32,000 nucleotides of DNA from contig NZ_OMOH01000004.1 in the NCBI RefSeq assembly GCF_900289195.1, positions 210,001 to 242,000 on the forward strand, in the 5' to 3' direction. How positions within the stretch are numbered: position 1 is the stretch's first letter; each line of letters starts with the position of its first letter. Shown here piece after piece: positions 26,096 to 32,000 of the stretch. The notes beneath the pieces were generated by a model that saw only the letters and a list, made by a program, of their open reading frames with translations, was not told the origin of the DNA and searched no databases. This DNA comes from Propionibacterium ruminifibrarum. Its GTDB lineage: Bacteria; Actinomycetota; Actinomycetes; Propionibacteriales; Propionibacteriaceae. A program made the position numbers and the translations under genes.

Positions 26096-27871
26096 TCAGC
26101 GCGGCCGCAGCTCGGGGTGCAGGAACCATTCGCGCAGCGTGCTGGTGCGCTCGGCGACCTGCTCGGTCGTGCACTGGGCCAGTCGGGGCCCGCCGCAGTG
26201 CCTGCGCAGCGCGGCGTGCACGTGCGAGTGCGGCACCCCGACAGTGCGGGCGTACTGGGACACGAGCGAGTTCAACTCCTTGCGGGACGCCTCGAGCGCC
26301 TTGTGCAGGCTCACCTGCTGCGGCACCTTGGCCTTGCGGTCGGCCTTCTCGTGGCGGCGCATCTGGCGGCGCTGACGCTCCCGCAGCAGCGCACTCACCT
26401 GGTCGGGTTCGAGCAGCCCCGGCAGCCCGAGGTAGTCGGCCTCGTCCTGGCTGGTGGCGTCGGCCGGCAGCCCGTAGGCCTGCGAGTCGAAGAGCACGTG
26501 GTCGAAGTTCGCGTGCGCCTCGAGCGCCTCGAAGCTGCCGAGCAGGTCGTCGCTGGCCTGTTCGGCGCGGTTGGCGGCCGCGAGCAGTGCCTCCTCGGGC
26601 GCCCACAGGTCGCCCTCGTCGTTACGCGGGCGGCCGATGACGTGGTCGCGTTCGCGTTCGAGCAGGGCGGCGTGCGCCAGGAGGATCGGCACGGTCGGCA
26701 GGAAGACGGTCGCCAGCTCGCCCTTGCGGCGGGTGCGGACGAAACGCCCGACGGCCTGGGCGAAGAACAGCGGCGTCGAGGTGTTCGTCGCGTAGACGCC
26801 CACGGCCAGGCGCGGCACGTCGACCCCCTCGGAGACCATGCGCACGGCGACCATCCAGCGTTCGTCGGACTCGGAGAACTCGGCGATGCGGCGGCCGGCG
26901 TTCGCGTCGTCCGAGACGACCAGCGCCGGAAGCTCACCGGTGACCTGGTGGAGGATCCGCTGGTAGGCGCGGGCCAGCTCCTGGTCGGATGCGATGACCA
27001 AGCCGCCGGCGTCGGGCATGTGGGTGCGCACCTGGCTCAGCCGGGTGTCGGCGGCGCGCAGCACCGAGCCCATCCACTCGCCCTTCGGGTCGAGTGCGGT
27101 GCGCCAGGCCGACGCCGTGACGTCCTTCGTCGCCGGTGCCGCCAGGTCGGCCTCGATCTCGTCGCCCATCCTGGTGCGCCAGCGCATCTGCCCGCCGTAG
27201 GCCATGAAGATGACGGGACGGACGACCTGGTCGCGCAGCGCCTCCGCGTAGCCGTAGGTGTAGTCGGCGTGCGAGTGCAGGGAGCCGTCGTCGAAGCGGT
27301 CGTAGCGGACGAACGGGATCGGCGAGTCGTCGCTGCGGAAGGGCGTGCCGGTCAGGGCCAGGCGGCGGGTTGCGGGTTCGAAGGCCTCGGCGATCGCGTC
27401 GCCCCAGCTCAGCGAGTCACCGGCGTGGTGGATCTCGTCGAGGATGACGAGCGTCTTGAAGTTCTCGGTGCGGGCCCGGTAGTGGAAGACGCGGGCGGCG
27501 ACGCCGGCGTAGGTGACGGCCACCCCGTCGTACTGGCGGCTGCGGCCCTTGCGGCCGGCACCGCCCAGGCCGGGGTCGAGCTGGATACCGACCTTGGCCG
27601 CGGCCTGGGCCCACTGGGTCTTCAGGTGCTCGGTGGGGCACACGACGATGACGCGCTGCACGATGCGGGCGCCGAGCAGTTCGGCGGCTACCCGCAGAGC
27701 GAACGTCGTCTTGCCCGCGCCGGGGGTTGCCACTGCGAGGAAGTCGCGCGGTGATGCCTCGTTGTAGCGGGCGAGGGCGTCACGCTGCCAGGCGCGCAGC
27801 CGGCCCGATGTGCCCCACGGCGCACGGCCGGGGAAGGCGGGCGACAGGTGCTCGAAGGCCGAGGTGCTCAT
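26096..27871 (-). CDS. Superfamily-2 DEAD/DEAH-box helicase (ResIII-type N-terminal domain)
   Basis: Motif I ATPGAGKT, motif II ILDEIHHAG, motif III LTGTPFRSD, motif VI QAVGRFVRTRR. No HD nuclease domain is visible. Confidence 0.8.
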   Translation of the reverse strand: MSTSAFEHLSPAFPGRAPWGTSGRLRAWQRDALARYNEASPRDFLAVATPGAGKTTFALRVAAELLGARIVQRVIVVCPTEHLKTQWAQAAAKVGIQLDPGLGGAGRKGRSRQYDGVAVTYAGVAARVFHYRARTENFKTLVILDEIHHAGDSLSWGDAIAEAFEPATRRLALTGTPFRSDDSPIPFVRYDRFDDGSLHSHADYTYGYAEALRDQVVRPVIFMAYGGQMRWRTRMGDEIEADLAAPATKDVTASAWRTALDPKGEWMGSVLRAADTRLSQVRTHMPDAGGLVIASDQELARAYQRILHQVTGELPALVVSDDANAGRRIAEFSESDERWMVAVRMVSEGVDVPRLAVGVYATNTSTPLFFAQAVGRFVRTRRKGELATVFLPTVPILLAHAALLERERDHVIGRPRNDEGDLWAPEEALLAAANRAEQASDDLLGSFEALEAHANFDHVLFDSQAYGLPADATSQDEADYLGLPGLLEPDQVSALLRERQRRQMRRHEKADRKAKVPQQVSLHKALEASRKELNSLVSQYARTVGVPHSHVHAALRRHCGGPRLAQCTTEQVAERTSTLREWFLHPELRPR

Positions 27872-28324
27872 GGCGCCGCTCCCCTCGATTCATCGGTTCC
27901 GCCTGGTCAGCGCCCGGTTCAGAGCGCTTGACGTCTTCTTCGCCGCCCTCGGCACGGTTCAGTCGGCCGATGCGGCACAAGGCTCCACATGGTAGCGATT
28001 CGGGGCGGTGTGGCGAAAAACCAGCGGCCTCCCCACGTGTCCGCTCCGGGGCGAACAGCCTCCCCGACGCCTCCCTGATGCGAGGGCTGGGGGCTTGGCA
28101 AGGGGGTGTGCGATGGAGAAAAATTGCGTTGTTCGTCTCCGGCGGGGCATCCGCCGAGCCGGGACGAGCGGGTGGAACGTGAGTCCCGAGACACCGCCTC
28201 ACGGATCACCCCTACCGACGCACGGAGCTGGGTACCCCTCGACGAGCGCCTGACCACATGTGTCGGGTCATCGGAAACCGCCGGCCTCGCGCCTCACGAC
28301 AGCGGTGGCGCATGAAAGGTGAGC

Positions 28325-30337
28325 ATGAGCGAGAACAACGGCCACGACATCCCCTGGCCCGGCGCTCAGCCCAACGGGACGAATGACCCCACCCGATACA
28401 ATCCCGTGCAGGGCCCCGGCCGGCCGGCCGAACCCCGCGGGCCGCAGCCCGATGACGACGCGACACGCTCCTGGGGCACCGACGAAACCATGGCATTCGG
28501 CCCGGACGACCAGAAGACCATGGCATTCGGCCCGGACGACCAGAAGACCATGGCATTCGGCCCGGACGACCAGAAGACCATGGCATTCGGCCCGGACGAC
28601 CAGAAGACCATGGCATTCGGCCCGGACGACCAGAAGACCATGGCATTCGGCCCTGGTGCGAACCAGGCGGGCCCCCACGGCAACCCGCCCGAGCAGCCCG
28701 GAAAACCCGCCGGTCAAGACGAGCCGGGCGCCGAGAAGACCCTCTTCGACGTGACCGGCCAGGGTCCCACGGCACCGGGCCAGTGGCCCCAGCCTGACCC
28801 GTCGGCCATGTGGCCGGGTCAGGCGGGTGCTGCGATGCCCGCCGGGCAGCAGAATCCCCAGGCCGGCTGGGCCCCCGACCAGCCCTACCAGCCACCCCAG
28901 AACGGATCCCAGCCCTACCAGGGCCAGAACGCATACCAGCAGCCCTACCAGGGACAGCAGCCCTACCAGGGCTCCGGCGGGTACCCGTACCAGGGGCAGG
29001 CCGATTACCAGCAGGGCGGGTACCAGCAGTACTACGAGCAGGGCGGGTACCAGCAACCGGCGCAGCCCGGTTATGGCCAGCCCTGGTCGGACCCACGGGC
29101 CGAGAACATCGCCGGCCACACCAGCTGGGACGCCTCCGGCCAGTTCATCCCGTACCAGCAGCCGAACCCTCAGGTTCAGGGCTTCTACAACCAGCTGGGC
29201 CAGTGGGTGCCCTACCAGCAGCCGCAGCCGCCCCGGTCGAGGTCGAAGAAGGTCGCCGGGGTCGTGGCGGCCGTCGTCCTCGGTCTCAGCGCGCTGGCGC
29301 TGGGCGCCAACGAGGTGAACAATGCGCTGAACCCGACGCCGACGTACACCCCGACTCACCCGCCCTCCTCGGTGCCCTTCCCTACGCCGAGCACGGATGT
29401 CCCGAGCGCGTCGACGAGTGAGCAGACCCCGGCCACCGACGCCCAGTCGCGGGGTGTCGTCCTCATCGAGAGCGAGCTGTCGAACGCCACGTCGGCCGGT
29501 ACCGGCATGGTGCTCAGCTCAGACGGCTACGTGCTGACGAACTACCACGTCGTGCAGACGAGCACCGCGATCTACGTGAAGGTGGCCAGTACCGGTGACA
29601 CCTTCGAGGCGACGATGATCGGGCACGACGCCACCAACGACGTCGCGCTGCTCAAGCTCAACGGCGCCAGCGGCCTGGACACGGTGAAGGTCGACGACGA
29701 CACCGTCTCCGTCGGTGACGACGTCACCGCCGTCGGCAACTCGAACGGCCAGGGCTACCTGTCCGCCGCGGACGGGAAGATCACCAACACATCCACGACC
29801 GTCACCGTCGGCTCAGAGCTCGCCGACAGCGGCGAGGAGACCCTGGTCGACGTGTACGAGACCACGTCGCAGGCGGTCCCCGGCGACTCGGGCGGGCCGC
29901 TGTACGACGACGAGGGCGAGGTCACCGGCATGACGACCGCCGGCGAGCAGGACAGCAATGGCGCCTCGGCCACGACGCTGCGCAGCTGGGCGATCCCCAT
30001 CGCGCATGCGATGAAGATCGTCGACCAGATCGAGGCCGGCGACGAGTCCGGCACGGTCTCGATCGGGCCGAAGGCCTACCTGGGTGTCAGCGTCGAGGAG
30101 GCCGCCGGCGCCCTGATGATTACCTCCGTTGTCGAGGACGGCCCGGCCGCGAAGGCCGACCTCCAGGAGGGCGACAAGATCGTCTCGGTCAACGGCACCC
30201 CGGTGACCACTCAGAGCGCGCTGTCGTCGGTACTGGAGGATCTGGAACCGGGTGACACCGCCACCCTCGAGGTCACCCCGCTGGCCGGCGGGGACAGGAC
30301 CGTCAAGGTGACCCTCGGCGAGAGCCCCGTCAACTGA
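28325..30337 (+). CDS. Membrane-anchored trypsin-like serine protease with C-terminal PDZ (HtrA/PepD-like)
   Basis: I prefer ATG at 28325 (AAAGGTGAG upstream) over GTG at 28319. About 300 aa of low-complexity N-terminus precede a TM segment (VAGVVAAVVLGLSALALGA). Catalytic triad contexts are TNYHVV, NDVALLK and GDSGGP. The PDZ-like tail includes ADLQEGDKIVSVNG. Confidence 0.85.
   Translation: MSENNGHDIPWPGAQPNGTNDPTRYNPVQGPGRPAEPRGPQPDDDATRSWGTDETMAFGPDDQKTMAFGPDDQKTMAFGPDDQKTMAFGPDDQKTMAFGPDDQKTMAFGPGANQAGPHGNPPEQPGKPAGQDEPGAEKTLFDVTGQGPTAPGQWPQPDPSAMWPGQAGAAMPAGQQNPQAGWAPDQPYQPPQNGSQPYQGQNAYQQPYQGQQPYQGSGGYPYQGQADYQQGGYQQYYEQGGYQQPAQPGYGQPWSDPRAENIAGHTSWDASGQFIPYQQPNPQVQGFYNQLGQWVPYQQPQPPRSRSKKVAGVVAAVVLGLSALALGANEVNNALNPTPTYTPTHPPSSVPFPTPSTDVPSASTSEQTPATDAQSRGVVLIESELSNATSAGTGMVLSSDGYVLTNYHVVQTSTAIYVKVASTGDTFEATMIGHDATNDVALLKLNGASGLDTVKVDDDTVSVGDDVTAVGNSNGQGYLSAADGKITNTSTTVTVGSELADSGEETLVDVYETTSQAVPGDSGGPLYDDEGEVTGMTTAGEQDSNGASATTLRSWAIPIAHAMKIVDQIEAGDESGTVSIGPKAYLGVSVEEAAGALMITSVVEDGPAAKADLQEGDKIVSVNGTPVTTQSALSSVLEDLEPGDTATLEVTPLAGGDRTVKVTLGESPVN
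28487..28653 (+). repeat. Perfect 30-bp in-frame tandem repeat, 5 full copies plus a 17-bp partial
   Basis: The unit ACCATGGCATTCGGCCCGGACGACCAGAAG sits at 28487, 28517, 28547, 28577 and 28607, with a partial copy at 28637-28653. It encodes (T)MAFGPDDQK x5, then TMAFGPGANQ. Confidence 0.95.
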
Positions 30338-30365
30338 TCTGGGGTTTTCTGTCACGTGGCAGGGT

Positions 30366-30400
30366 CAGGTGCCCCCGCGCTGGTTGCGCGGGGGCACCTG
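30366..30400 (+). terminator. Terminator hairpin after the protease gene
   Basis: Perfect 15-bp stem CAGGTGCCCCCGCGC / GCGCGGGGGCACCTG with loop TGGTT, followed by TTCGTT, 28 nt after the stop. Confidence 0.65.
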
Positions 30401-30602
30401 TTCGTTGCCGGTGCCGGGGCAGGGATGCCAAATCCGACGGGATCCGGCCGTTTCCGCGCTTTTCCGGTCTGAAACGGCCAGATCCTGTCAGGAAAAGCAT
30501 GCCCACGGCGCCGGTCGCACCGGGATGCCCGAGGTTGTCTTGTAGGTCCATTTGCCAGCCCGGGGCTGTTCGTGCGAACCGGAACGGGCGAGAATGGGTC
30601 CC

Positions 30603-32000
30603 ATGACCGCACAGGACCGTTCACGCATCAATGCAGCCATCAACCTCCGCCTGTCGCTCTTGGGTCTGCCGCTGCCGGAGAATGCCGACGGAAGCACCGA
30701 GACCGCTCTGGTCGAGCCGCTCCTCGCCCGCCAGCGCGAGTTGAGCCGCCGCCTCAACCAGCAGTTGAGCGCCCCTGACAAGCGTGTCCAGACATTCCTC
30801 GACGACTACCTGTCCGACACCGGCCTGCAGCCGCAGCTGCCGCGCACCACTCTCGTCCTGGACGAGCCGGGCCTGGCCCGCGGCCTGTCGCTGCCGGTGG
30901 ACGGCGACGAGTTCCACTCCCCCGTGATCGAGTCGTACCGGCTCGTCAACGGCGTCCTGCACAACCCGAAGAACGACCGGCGCACCACCGCAGGCGTCTT
31001 CCACATCGCCACCGGCGGCCTGCCGATCCCCGAGGACAAGATCGAGGTCGACAAGACCGTGTTCGCCCGCATCCTCGAGGCGGCCCTGCAGGCCCCCGAC
31101 GACGAACTGATGCTGCCGTACACCGCGAACATGACCACGCCGGCCCGCTGCTGGGTCTCGCTGCTCATGCACCCGATCGTCGTCCCCGAGGTGCCCGGGC
31201 GGGCCCGCCGCCGCAGCTACGAGGTGCGTTTCATCGCGCCGGGCGGCCTGGTCGCCAACCTCGACTTCGTCGAAGCCATCTTCGGCAACGGCGGCGACCC
31301 CTACCTGCCCGAGAACGACGCCTCGCTGGACCCGGCCTCGTGGACCGGCACGACCGGCTGCGTCATCCTGGCGCCGCACCTGGTGGGCACCCTCACGAAG
31401 AAGGATCTGGGGCTGCCGTCCTGGGACGAGGCCACCGAGCGGCAGCGCCGGGACGGCCAGTGCTGGAAGAGCGCCGACGAGCTCTACAACGACGGCAAGT
31501 CCTTCAAGGTGTGCGCCCGCGACGAGCGCGGCGTCATCGTCACCGTGCTGGCCGACAACTACTTCGGCTACTGCAAGAAGGAGGTCAAGACCCAGATCTC
31601 CTACTCGGCGAACCTGCTGGGCTCCGCCGAGGAGGAGCACTCCGGCGGTGCCATCACCTACCCGGCGTGGAACCTGGGCGTCGAGTTCACCGACCGCACC
31701 CCCGACGGCTGGACGCTCGACGACGCCCTGGCCCGCAACCCGGACCGTTTCGCGGTGCAGCCCGAGGGCCATGCCATCGACCGGAAGTGGCCGAACATCG
31801 TCCTGGTGCCCGAGCATGCGCGCTATTCGATGCGTGAGCAGAGGATCTCGTGGTCCAGGGGCGGTGTCGAGCAGTCCATCAAGCTGCTCGCCGACAAGCA
31901 GTACCTGTCCCCCGACGGCTACCGGGTGCACGCCAAGCACCGTGAGATGGACGCCACCCAGTGGCACCTGATCGGTGTCCTGCAGGAGGCCACCCAGTGC
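30603..32000 (+). CDS. Large conserved protein, 5' partial (open to the window end); PEPCK-superfamily-like, possibly PPi-dependent PEP carboxykinase
   Basis: Frame 3 is open from 30546 to 32000 and is absent from the ORF track because it has no stop. Candidate starts are ATG 30603 or ATG 30594. The translation is balanced (MTAQDRSRINAAINLRLSLLGLPLP...). NPKNDRRTTAGVFHI resembles the GRSPKDK substrate motif, and DNYFGYCKKEVKTQISYSANLL resembles the YGG(x)nKK motif of ATP/GTP PEPCKs. Functional call rests on motif recollection only. Confidence 0.7.
   Translation, partial: MTAQDRSRINAAINLRLSLLGLPLPENADGSTETALVEPLLARQRELSRRLNQQLSAPDKRVQTFLDDYLSDTGLQPQLPRTTLVLDEPGLARGLSLPVDGDEFHSPVIESYRLVNGVLHNPKNDRRTTAGVFHIATGGLPIPEDKIEVDKTVFARILEAALQAPDDELMLPYTANMTTPARCWVSLLMHPIVVPEVPGRARRRSYEVRFIAPGGLVANLDFVEAIFGNGGDPYLPENDASLDPASWTGTTGCVILAPHLVGTLTKKDLGLPSWDEATERQRRDGQCWKSADELYNDGKSFKVCARDERGVIVTVLADNYFGYCKKEVKTQISYSANLLGSAEEEHSGGAITYPAWNLGVEFTDRTPDGWTLDDALARNPDRFAVQPEGHAIDRKWPNIVLVPEHARYSMREQRISWSRGGVEQSIKLLADKQYLSPDGYRVHAKHREMDATQWHLIGVLQEATQC

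Noticed and set aside
23682-27754. Long + strand ORFs of 504 aa (23682-25196), 327 aa (24802-25785) and 636 aa (25844-27754)
   Set aside because: They are antisense to argS, SanA and the helicase. Their G/A/V/D/R-rich shadow composition contrasts with clear catalytic motifs in the minus-strand frames.
26096-27871. The SF2 helicase as a possible Cas3 or defence-system helicase linked to the CRISPR array
   Set aside because: It has no HD nuclease domain and lies 17 kb from the array. It sits in a same-strand block of housekeeping genes (SanA, argS) with no nuclease, methylase or other defence partner adjacent.
28212-29359. Minus-strand ORFs of 294 and 363 aa with repeated MPWSSGRPGR / ECHGLLVVRA units
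   Set aside because: They are antisense translations of the 30-bp tandem repeat and low-complexity region of the protease gene.
30621-31967. 448-aa minus-strand ORF at the right end
   Set aside because: It is the antisense shadow of the open + frame beginning at 30603. That + frame has balanced composition and PEPCK-like motifs, while the minus ORF is G/V/A/D/L/R-rich with no motifs.

Overview
This is a visibly high-GC segment (G+C not computed) of an actinobacterial-type chromosome. I called about 24 protein-coding genes from motifs I could read in the translations; no database searches were run. Most are housekeeping or metabolic: ldh, a type-B carboxylesterase, a GH31 glycosidase, galE, a choloylglycine-hydrolase-family enzyme, a metal-chelate ABC importer operon, a TauE/SafE exporter, polyphosphate glucokinase, an argS-larE-larB-larC operon, a SanA/DUF218 protein, an SF2 helicase, and a membrane HtrA-like protease. 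A large ORF running off the right edge looks PEPCK-related, and the gene content is loosely reminiscent of Propionibacteriaceae. The one clearly accessory element is a 1,840-bp CRISPR array (7185-9024) with 26 copies of a 36-bp repeat and 25 spacers of 35-38 bp. I recognise no cas gene anywhere in the 32 kb. The array's right end is followed within about 40 bp by a frameshifted C-terminal fragment of an IS256-family transposase, so it looks like an orphaned or truncated locus. Other points worth a second look:
- a roughly 40-bp palindromic intergenic element in 4 copies, three of them tandem between ppgK and larC
- the essential argS gene translationally coupled to nickel-pincer cofactor genes, with no larA nearby
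- a perfect 30-bp tandem repeat (5.6 copies) inside the protease gene
- a SAM methyltransferase coupled to the ABC importer
- a 450-bp structured divergent intergenic region
Many long ORFs in the six-frame track are antisense or alternate-frame shadows typical of high-GC DNA and were rejected.
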